Assembly (NCBI GenBank): GCA_963792535.1
Contig: CAWBWQ010000001.1
Span: 128,001-192,000 of the forward strand
Direction: 5' to 3'
Origin: an uncultured Phycisphaerales bacterium
GTDB lineage: Bacteria; Planctomycetota; Phycisphaerae; Tepidisphaerales; Tepidisphaeraceae
DNA length: 64,000 nucleotides
The translations under genes were made by a program, and so were the position numbers. Positions 56,556 to 64,000 of this stretch are shown one piece after another. The notes below the pieces were generated by a model. It saw only the letters and a program-made list of their open reading frames with translations. It did not search any database and had not been told where the DNA came from. The first letter of the stretch is position 1. Every line of letters begins with the position of its first letter.

Positions 56556-56633
56556 CTCGACTCATCGGCCTGGCGGAAGCACCGCTTGAGAGACTGACGC
56601 TATTTGCTGCTCGATCCTCGCCCTATGATTGAA

Positions 56634-58136
56634 TCAATTTCCAGGCGGCGGGCGACGCTGGGGGGTGAAATAACCGTCGCTGAGCGTGCCGAGGAACGCG
56701 ACAATATCGTTTTCTTCCTGATCGGTCAGTCCGAGGTTTCCCACGCGCGAACCGGGGCTGTTGGGCCGGCCGGCGGGGTTTTGCAGTGTCAGCGGGGAGG
56801 CGTATTCAGGGGCCGGCCAGAGGGGTTTTGCAAGTGCGGTTGGTGCTGGCCCATCGGCTGACGCGGTCAGGTCGATGACCTGGTTATTGCGCGTCAAATT
56901 GCGTGTGTTGTAGAAATGCACGACATCCTTGAGGCTCTTAAAAAAGCCATTGTGCATGTAGCATTTCACAAAACTCGGGGAGGGGCGCTTGTCGACATTG
57001 CGAAGCGATGCGACGCGGAACTCGCCGTTGATCTGCAGGAAGTCACCGCGCCCGTCGCTGCCGGGGCCCATGTTCCCCGGCGGAAGATGCATGTTGGGGT
57101 AAAGCACCGCGCCAAGGCCCAGGTCAATAAAGCGATCGCCCAGTGGGTTAAAACCCTGCGGATTGGTTGCTGCTGTGGTTTGCCTGTAGTAACGGTTGCG
57201 CGGATTTTTGGGCACGCCGATGTTCGCGTAGGTCCAGTTGGTGAAAAAATCGCGGCGTGGGTTGTTCAGGTCTGAATCGGCGATGGTGTGGCAGGTACTG
57301 CACTGGGCGCTTTTGTAATTTCGCACACCACCGGGTCGACCGGAGACCGATCCGGTGAAGAGACGCAGACCGTTCATCTCGGAGGGGCTCAGCTGAATGA
57401 GGCCATCCGCATATGCGTCGTATTTGGAAGAAAAAGGGGACACTTCCCGGGACCGTTCATAGGCAAAGATGGCCTGGCGAATCAGCGGCAGAATATCGGA
57501 TGCCGGCTTTGACAGCGCGTCGTTGCCAAAGGCTGATTTAAACAAACTTGTATAAGAACCCGTGGATATTTTTTTAACCACCGTGTCGGTGGAGGCCAGC
57601 CCGTGCAGGACGTTGTTCATTTCGTTGGGATTGGTCATCGGCATGGTGGCCTGATCCTCGAGATCATCGGCGCGACCATCAGCAAAGAAGCCGCCCATCC
57701 AGGCGTGCTGCCGACGATTCCAAAAAGGTTGCCCATCCGGGACGAACCAGGCGTAGCTGATCGTCATCGGTTTGCGGCTTCCAAACCGGTCGGAGATTGC
57801 GCCGGGAACCGTGCCATAGGCCCGATTGACATAAGAATCAGGATAGCTGAAGCCGGCGGCGGGTGAGTGGCACCTCGCGCAGGACATGCCGGAAGGGTTT
57901 GAAATATTGGTATCGAAGAAGATCGCTTTCCCGAGTTGGACCACAGGGCTGTTGCGCCCTCCGCCAAATCCTCCGCCGGGCGCGGGGGGCCGATTAGACG
58001 GGGGTCTGTCATCGAAGGGGCCCGATCCATTGCGATCGAGCGCATAAGCCGACTGATGCGCGGTTGAAACCATCAACCAGGCGAAGGCTACCGCTGCAAG
58101 AACAACAAGGATTATTTTTCGATCGATATGGCGCAT
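56634..58136 (-). CDS. Di-heme cytochrome c peroxidase (MauG family)
   Basis: Signal peptide; LGKAIFFD; CARCH and CSTCH; YMHNG. Confidence 0.9.
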   Translation of the reverse strand: MRHIDRKIILVVLAAVAFAWLMVSTAHQSAYALDRNGSGPFDDRPPSNRPPAPGGGFGGGRNSPVVQLGKAIFFDTNISNPSGMSCARCHSPAAGFSYPDSYVNRAYGTVPGAISDRFGSRKPMTISYAWFVPDGQPFWNRRQHAWMGGFFADGRADDLEDQATMPMTNPNEMNNVLHGLASTDTVVKKISTGSYTSLFKSAFGNDALSKPASDILPLIRQAIFAYERSREVSPFSSKYDAYADGLIQLSPSEMNGLRLFTGSVSGRPGGVRNYKSAQCSTCHTIADSDLNNPRRDFFTNWTYANIGVPKNPRNRYYRQTTAATNPQGFNPLGDRFIDLGLGAVLYPNMHLPPGNMGPGSDGRGDFLQINGEFRVASLRNVDKRPSPSFVKCYMHNGFFKSLKDVVHFYNTRNLTRNNQVIDLTASADGPAPTALAKPLWPAPEYASPLTLQNPAGRPNSPGSRVGNLGLTDQEENDIVAFLGTLSDGYFTPQRRPPPGN

Positions 58137-58230
58137 GCAGATTTCCTATCGACCGCCAGGGTAGCACGCACAACCTGAATAGTTCGTGAAGACGGGTGGT
58201 TTTTCGTATACAGTCGCCAGGGGTTTCACC

Positions 58231-59112
58231 ATGCCCACTGAATTCGATTTCATCTCCTGGATTCAATCGCAGCAGCAACCCTCTCAGCACATCCGGCTGG
58301 GGATTGGTGATGATTTAGCCATTCTGGATTGGAAAAAAGACGACTTGCTCCTGCTGGGTGTCGACCAGGTGCTGGACGGTGTGCATTTTGATTCAACGGT
58401 ACATCCGCCGGGGTTGATCGGTCGAAAAGCAATGAATCGGAACCTCAGCGACTGCGCGGCGATGGGCTGCGTGCCGACAGCGGCGCTGGTCACAATCGTG
58501 CTGCCCAAAGGTACCGGCGAGGCCTATGCGAAAGAACTGTTTCTGGGGATAAAGCACGCCGGCGATGCGTTTGATGTGCCGATCGTCGGGGGAGATACCA
58601 GCACCTGGACGGGCAAGTTGATGGCCAGCGTGACGATTCTGGGGAATTCAGGCGGAACAAAGCCGCTGACGCGCGGTGGCGCGAAAGCCGGCGATGCCAT
58701 TTATGTGACCGGACCACTGGGCGGCAGCATCCTGGGCAGGCATATGACATTTGAGCCGCGCATGGCGCAGGGCAGGCAGCTTGCCGCGTCGGGGCGGGTC
58801 AACAGCATGATCGATCTAAGCGACGGTCTCTCTCGGGATCTGGGTCATATCTGCAAAACCAGCGGCGTGGGAGCATTGCTCTTTGCCGATGCGATTCCAG
58901 TGCATGAGGATGCGGTCAGGTTATCACTGGATGGACGCTCGCCTTTAGAACATGCGATGAATGACGGAGAGGATTTCGAGTTGCTGTTTACGGGTGAGCC
59001 GGGTTTAGATTATCCGTGCATCGGACAGATCACGCGGGAGGCGGGCATCAGACTGAAGCAGGGCGAATCGATCCAGCAGGTGCAGCCCGGAGCCTGGGAG
59101 CATACATTTTGA
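58231..59112 (+). CDS. thiL: Thiamine-monophosphate kinase
   Basis: EFDFI, GIGDD.A, NLSD.AAMG, GGDT, D.SDGL, GEDFELLF. Confidence 0.93.
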   Translation: MPTEFDFISWIQSQQQPSQHIRLGIGDDLAILDWKKDDLLLLGVDQVLDGVHFDSTVHPPGLIGRKAMNRNLSDCAAMGCVPTAALVTIVLPKGTGEAYAKELFLGIKHAGDAFDVPIVGGDTSTWTGKLMASVTILGNSGGTKPLTRGGAKAGDAIYVTGPLGGSILGRHMTFEPRMAQGRQLAASGRVNSMIDLSDGLSRDLGHICKTSGVGALLFADAIPVHEDAVRLSLDGRSPLEHAMNDGEDFELLFTGEPGLDYPCIGQITREAGIRLKQGESIQQVQPGAWEHTF

Positions 59113-59531
59113 TGTACGAATCAACCAGCGTGGGGCAAACGGAGGCCATCGCCGCGGATCTATCGCAGCATCTGGTGGGTGGTGAGGTCATCGCGTTACA
59201 TGGCGATCTTGGCGCGGGCAAGACGCAGTTCGTTCGCGGTCTGGTGCGCGGGCTCGGCGGTGAAACACGATCGGTATCAAGCCCGACTTACATGCTTTTG
59301 AATGTGTACGACCAGGGGCGGCTGCGTGTTTTTCATCTCGACGCTTATCGCGTGGGGGGCAGTGACGATTTTGAAGCGATTGGTTTCACCGAGCTTCTCG
59401 ATCAGAACGGGGTCGTTGCCGTGGAATGGCCAAGCCGGGTGGAGGCGCTTCTGCCGCTGAAACACATCTCGGTTCGCATTACGCCTTTAAGCGAGTCGAC
59501 ACGTCAGATTGAGATCGAATTTCCTGTTTGA
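59112..59531 (+). CDS. tsaE: tRNA threonylcarbamoyladenosine biosynthesis ATPase
   Basis: GDLGAGKT, VSSPTY, HLDAYR, VEW. Confidence 0.93.
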   Translation: MYESTSVGQTEAIAADLSQHLVGGEVIALHGDLGAGKTQFVRGLVRGLGGETRSVSSPTYMLLNVYDQGRLRVFHLDAYRVGGSDDFEAIGFTELLDQNGVVAVEWPSRVEALLPLKHISVRITPLSESTRQIEIEFPV

Positions 59532-59605
59532 GATTTAGTGCGTTTTTATAGCTGCTCGAAGTCGTATTTCGACGCTAGCATATGTTGGTTCATAAAGGAG
59601 AACGC

Positions 59606-60698
59606 ATGAAGCTCAGTTGGATTTCAATTTTAGCCCTGGTCGTTACCGCTTTTGTCCTGATTCCCTGTCAGTCGCGCGGATGTGCACGACAACGCGAACA
59701 TCTTCAGTTCCAAGGCGGTTGAAAATGCCAACCGCGATATGAAGAAGATGACGGAAACGCACAATAAGGATCTGGTGATCGAGACGTTTGCCGCCATTCC
59801 CGATGAGCAAAAGGATGCTTATGCGAGCAACGGCAGCACGTTTTTTAAGGACTGGATGGCCAGCCGCGCCAAAGAGCTGAAAGTAAATGGCGTGTATGTG
59901 CTGATCTGCATGGATCCCAAGCACCTGGAAGTGGGAGCGGGGAAAAACACGATCGCCCGCGGTGATTTTTCGCAATCCGATGTGGACGGTTTGTATGCCC
60001 AAATGAAAGAAGCGCTTCATAATAAGGACTATGACAAAGCGCTGAGTGGCGCGGTGGATACAGTCAAGCGCCCCTACACCGCGAATATTTCCGGCTCCAA
60101 CGGCCGATCGACAGCAACCTCCGGCGAGGGTGGATATTCCAGCGGGCAGTCCGGTCAGACCAACGGCAGCCAGCAGACAATTCCAACCCTGCCGGGCGGC
60201 AGCGGGATGCCGCTGGGGTTCGGATCGATCATCTGCATGGTGGTGGCCGGAGTGTTGATTATCAGCCTGGTCCGATCCATCTTTCGCGGCACTAACGGAG
60301 GCGGTTACACACAGGGCGGGCAATGGGGCGGTACCAACTATGGCGGTGGTAACTACGGTGGAAATACCGGCGGGGGCTTTGGTGGAGTGGGTGGCGGTGG
60401 CAGTGGTTTTGGGCGCGGGTTTTTAGGTGGATTGCTCGGCGGGGCGCTGGGTGGCTACGCTGCAGATCGATTTGACCATCGCAACGACCCATCGGGCGGC
60501 GGAATGAACACCGGCGGCCAGGGAAATGCCGGCGGTTCGTTCGGCGGTGGGGGCGGTAGTTTTGATGCCGGACCCTCCGATGCGGGGCAGGATTTTGGCG
60601 GTGGATCCAGCGGTGGTGACTTTGGATCTTCCGGTGGTGGTGGGGATGCCGGCGGCGGCGGTGGGGGCGGCGGTGGATCCAGCGGTGGAGACTTCTAA
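59606..60698 (+). CDS. TPM-domain protein with TM and Gly-rich tail, frameshift near 59660
   Basis: AAGGAG RBS; V.D.A.IFS; GVYVLI..D....EV; GG.SGGDF end. Confidence 0.8.
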
Positions 60699-60763
60699 TA
60701 CTCTTGTGCGTAATATTGAATTGATGGGGTTGCTGATGCAACCCCGCTTTCATTTGCAAGGGT

Positions 60764-61327
60764 ATGCTGATGTCGGAAGCCTACGATTTAAAAGTGCCGT
60801 TATCCGATTCAGATCATGTGCACGGGGGAGAGAATCCAACTGTGACCCTGGTTGAATACGGCGACTACGAATGCCCGGATTGCCTGAACTCCGAACCGAT
60901 CGTGCGGCGGCTTTTAGAGCACTTTGGTGGGCAATTGCGGGTGGTGTTCCGGCATTTTCCGAGAAACTCGATTCACCCTCACGCCAGCGCCGCCGCCGAA
61001 GCGGCCGAATCCGCCGGGGCGCAGGGGCGCTTTTGGGACATGCATCAGGCATTGTTCGAGCATCAGAAAGAGCTGGCGGATCTGGACCTGACTCACCTTG
61101 CATTATCGCTGGGGATGGATGTTTACAAATTTCAACGCGACAGCGAATCGCGCGTGTTTCCCCGTACGGTTCGAGAACACTATCAGGGCGGCGAAGCAAG
61201 CGGCGTGGATCGCACACCGACGTTTTTTATCAACGGCTGCCGATATCGAGGCGATGGTGCATTCGAATCGCTGGCGAAGGCGATCGAAACCGCCGGGGTT
61301 CGAAAAGATCAACAGACTGCGGACTAA
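60764..61327 (+). CDS. DsbA-family thioredoxin-fold protein
   Basis: DHV.G, EYGDYECPDC, FRHFP, TPTFFING. Confidence 0.9.
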   Translation: MLMSEAYDLKVPLSDSDHVHGGENPTVTLVEYGDYECPDCLNSEPIVRRLLEHFGGQLRVVFRHFPRNSIHPHASAAAEAAESAGAQGRFWDMHQALFEHQKELADLDLTHLALSLGMDVYKFQRDSESRVFPRTVREHYQGGEASGVDRTPTFFINGCRYRGDGAFESLAKAIETAGVRKDQQTAD

Positions 61328-61371
61328 TAACAGATCGACACGGGTGATTCCATCTCTGCGGGCGACTGCGT

Positions 61372-63054
61372 TTATTCTCTCAAGGTTAGTAATCGGTGGG
61401 TGCAGGTGACGGCGAATGACCCGTCACCGACGGCGAATCCCACACGCTTGGTCGAACCCGCGCGAACATCGCCGGCAGCGAGCACGCGAGGCACCGTGGT
61501 CTCAAGCGGGCAGGGGTCGCGTTTGAGCTTCCATTGACCGGACTTGGCGACCTCGGTTCCCGTGAGGAGATAGCCGAGTTCATCGCGGCCGATGGTTGTG
61601 GGCAGCCATTTTCCGTGCGGTTCAGCCCCGATGAAGACGAAGACGGCGGTGAGATTCAGGGTCGTTTTTTCGCCGGAGAGTTTGTTGATCACGTCGACGG
61701 ATTCGATGCGCTGGTTGCCGCGCACCTCGGCGACCTCGGTATTAAAGTGAACGGTGATGTTGGCGGTGGAAAGAATGCGATTGGCGAGATACGAAGACAT
61801 ACCCGAATTGAGATCACCGCGGCGAACCAGCATGTGTACCTTTTTCGCGCAGTTCTCCGCCAGGAACATCGCGGCCTGCCCGGCGGAATTGCCGGCGCCG
61901 ACCACGGCAACTTCGGTCTGCTCGTGCGTGCGAACCTCCACACTCGTGCAGGCATAGTAAACGCCGTGGCGTTCAAAATGTTCGGCACCGGGCACGGTCA
62001 ATCTGCGCCAGGTAACCCCGGTTGCGATCAGGACAACGCGGGCACGCAGAGTGGACCCGCAATCGAGCTTGAGCTGATGCGGCTGATCATCCGACTCAGA
62101 AGGAATCAGTTCCTGCACAGCAATAGGCGCGAGCAGGGTCGCACCGAATTTCATCATCTGCAAAACGGCGCGGGTGGCCAGATCCGCGCCGGAAAGTCCG
62201 GCGGGAAAACCGATAAAGTTCTCAATCTTGGATGAACCGCTCGCCTGCCCGCCGGGTCCGAGGCGGTCGAGCACGATCGTGCGGAGTCCTTCCGACGCTG
62301 CGTAAACGGCGGCCGCCATGCCACCCGGCCCCGCGCCGATGATCGCAAGATCAAACTCCTCAACCGGGCAATCAGGCAGCACACCAACAGCCTTGGCCAA
62401 TTCGCGCAGGGAAGGATTGACCATCACGTCACCGTTGCCGGTCTGGATCAACGGCGTCCTGGTGCCGTGGTTCATTTTCAGCTGGGCCGCGCGGCCTTCA
62501 GGCGTTTGCGTGTCGATCCACGAGAAAGGCACGAAGTTCTTATAAAGGAATTCGCGAACGAGATTTGTATCGCCGCAAACCCCCGGACCGATGATGCGAA
62601 GACCCAGTTTGCCCGATTCGGCGAGCAGTTGGCGTCTCACCTGAAACGCAACCAGCAGCTTATCGCTGAGGCGCGGAACGGTATTGAGCAGCTGGCGTAG
62701 TTTCGCGCCAGGCACACGCAGCACGGTCGTCGTTCCGTGAGCCCGCGCGGAAACGATCACCGGGCGGCGCGTGAGCAGGTCGATATCTCCCACAAAATGC
62801 CCGTCTTTGTGCGAAACAATCAGGCTGTTATTTTCCGCGGGATTTAATACATCCAGCTGCCCCGTTTCAACGACGAAAAAGTCGATGTCGGCATCGCCGG
62901 CGCGGAAGACAAACTGCTGATCCTCGTAAGTCTCCACCGCCGCGAGTTGCCGTAATACGTTAAGCTCCACTTCGTCCAGGACGGGAAACGCCCGTTTATC
63001 CTCGCGGTTGGTCTGTCTGTACTCGTCATAGGCTGATTGAGTGTTCATGCTCAT
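61372..63054 (-). CDS. cNMP-binding domain fused to thioredoxin-reductase-like flavoprotein
   Basis: N-terminal cNMP domain; GAGPGG, GGQA..SS.IENF.GFP.G.SG, GAGNSAGQAA, AGDVR. Confidence 0.9.
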   Translation of the reverse strand: MSMNTQSAYDEYRQTNREDKRAFPVLDEVELNVLRQLAAVETYEDQQFVFRAGDADIDFFVVETGQLDVLNPAENNSLIVSHKDGHFVGDIDLLTRRPVIVSARAHGTTTVLRVPGAKLRQLLNTVPRLSDKLLVAFQVRRQLLAESGKLGLRIIGPGVCGDTNLVREFLYKNFVPFSWIDTQTPEGRAAQLKMNHGTRTPLIQTGNGDVMVNPSLRELAKAVGVLPDCPVEEFDLAIIGAGPGGMAAAVYAASEGLRTIVLDRLGPGGQASGSSKIENFIGFPAGLSGADLATRAVLQMMKFGATLLAPIAVQELIPSESDDQPHQLKLDCGSTLRARVVLIATGVTWRRLTVPGAEHFERHGVYYACTSVEVRTHEQTEVAVVGAGNSAGQAAMFLAENCAKKVHMLVRRGDLNSGMSSYLANRILSTANITVHFNTEVAEVRGNQRIESVDVINKLSGEKTTLNLTAVFVFIGAEPHGKWLPTTIGRDELGYLLTGTEVAKSGQWKLKRDPCPLETTVPRVLAAGDVRAGSTKRVGFAVGDGSFAVTCTHRLLTLRE

Positions 63055-63077
63055 GCTAGGCTACTATACTGATAAAA

Positions 63078-64000
63078 GTGAGCAAGAATGAAGAACAAGA
63101 TCATGCCGGTTGCAAACACGAGCACTCCCACGGCGAAGTGACCAGCGCAAAAATGGGCTGGGCGGTGGGATTAACGCTGTTGTTTGTTGTAGTAGAGGCC
63201 CTCTGCGGCACTGTTGCGCATAGCCTGGCGCTGTTATCTGATGCGGGTCATAATTTCGCCGATGCAGCCGCACTTGGTTTTTCGTGGTATGCGCTGTGGA
63301 TCGCGCGGAAGCCTTCACACGCGCGAATGACCTTCGGATATCACCGCGTGGGAATTCTGGCGGCGCTGGTGAACGCATCGTCGCTGGCGGTGATCGCGGT
63401 ATTCATCGTAGTGGAAGGGATAGGCCGCCTGCGGCACCCAGAACCGCCGCAGGGATGGGTCATGGTGGGCGTCGCAGCCGTGGCGGTGGCTTTGAATTTT
63501 ACGATCGGCTCGTGGCTGCATGCGGGTTCGCATCATGATCTGAATGTCCGCAGTGCGCGACTGCATATGCTGGGCGATGCGGTTTCGGCTATTGGAGTGT
63601 GTGTGGCGGGTTTGATTGTCGCAACCACCGGGGCGACGATAGCAGATCCAATCATTTCATTTCTAATCGCTTTTTTAATCCTTGCCAGCAGTTACGGCGT
63701 CCTGATTGAGAGCGTGAATGTTCTTCTGGAAGGCACGCCCAGGGGCATCGACATGGCTTGTGTGCAGCGGGATATTTCGTTAATCCCCGGGGTGCGCGGA
63801 CTGCACGATCTGCATGTGTGGACGGTGGGTTCCGGCGTGATCGCCGCCAGCGTGCATATCCTGGTGGACCAACAGAGCATTGAGGACGGGCAGCGCGTCA
63901 TGCGGGGCGTCGCCGAGGAATTGAAAGCGCACCACCGTATCAACCACGCCACCGTGCAGGTGGAAGTGGAAGGTTTCTGCGGCGATGGGATGTATTGCTG
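63078..64000 (+). CDS. Cation diffusion facilitator (CzcD-like), frameshifted, runs off window
   Basis: His-rich N-terminus; SLALLSDAGHN, TFGYHR, HMLGD, LHDLHVW, HATVQVE read from raw sequence. Confidence 0.88.
   Translation, partial: MSKNEEQDHAGCKHEHSHGEVTSAKMGWAVGLTLLFVVVEALCGTVAHSLALLSDAGHNFADAAALGFSWYALWIARKPSHARMTFGYHRVGILAALVNASSLAVIAVFIVVEGIGRLRHPEPPQGWVMVGVAAVAVALNFTIGSWLHAGSHHDLNVRSARLHMLGDAVSAIGVCVAGLIVATTGATIADPIISFLIAFLILASSYGVLIESVNVLLEGTPRGIDMACVQRDISLIPGVRGLHDLHVWTVGSGVIAASVHILVDQQSIEDGQRVMRGVAEELKAHHRINHATVQVEVEGFCGDGMYC

Noticed and set aside
60290..60698. GGC/GGT-rich low-complexity repeat
   Set aside because: Explained by the usual Gly-rich tail of TPM proteins

Overview
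GC-rich bacterial DNA, most likely Planctomycetota (Phycisphaerae-like). This is inferred from LEPR-XLL-type motifs, PEP-CTERM proteins, H-X9-DG prepilin proteins and DUF1573. About 20 genes, several of them housekeeping, carry single-base frameshifts, which points to an unpolished long-read assembly. Layout: (1-7 kb) BtuF/BtuC-like corrinoid/iron ABC genes and a rhamnose-type ABC operon; (7-8.6 kb) ArgA-like GNAT, HPF-like protein, a long hairpin, tRNA-Thr(CGT) and tRNA-Leu(GAG); (8.7-20 kb) general-stress cluster (Mn catalase, three SDRs, multi-DUF4142 protein); (20-25 kb) glucokinase, receiver protein, prepilin-like protein, TMTC-like glycosyltransferase; (25-29.3 kb) a cobalamin-riboswitch-led operon of two PEP-CTERM proteins resembling B12-binding families plus an H-X9-DG prepilin protein, with no TonB receptor; (29.5-43.8 kb) a mosaic around a REP-associated tyrosine transposase (RAYT), where several classes of AAAGG(G/T)G-core REP-like repeats sit at the breakpoints of truncated genes, bound a tandem duplication and host both copies of an IS5/IS903-like element; (44-64 kb) mostly core genes (sulfatase, leuC-like, galU, yciF, ydiJ-like, HU, cytochrome c peroxidase, thiL, tsaE, TPM, DsbA, cNMP-TrxB, CDF). 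The two best candidates for an undescribed system are the B12-regulated PEP-CTERM/pilin module and the RAYT/REP-driven rearrangement zone. All family calls are from motif recognition by eye; no database searches were run.
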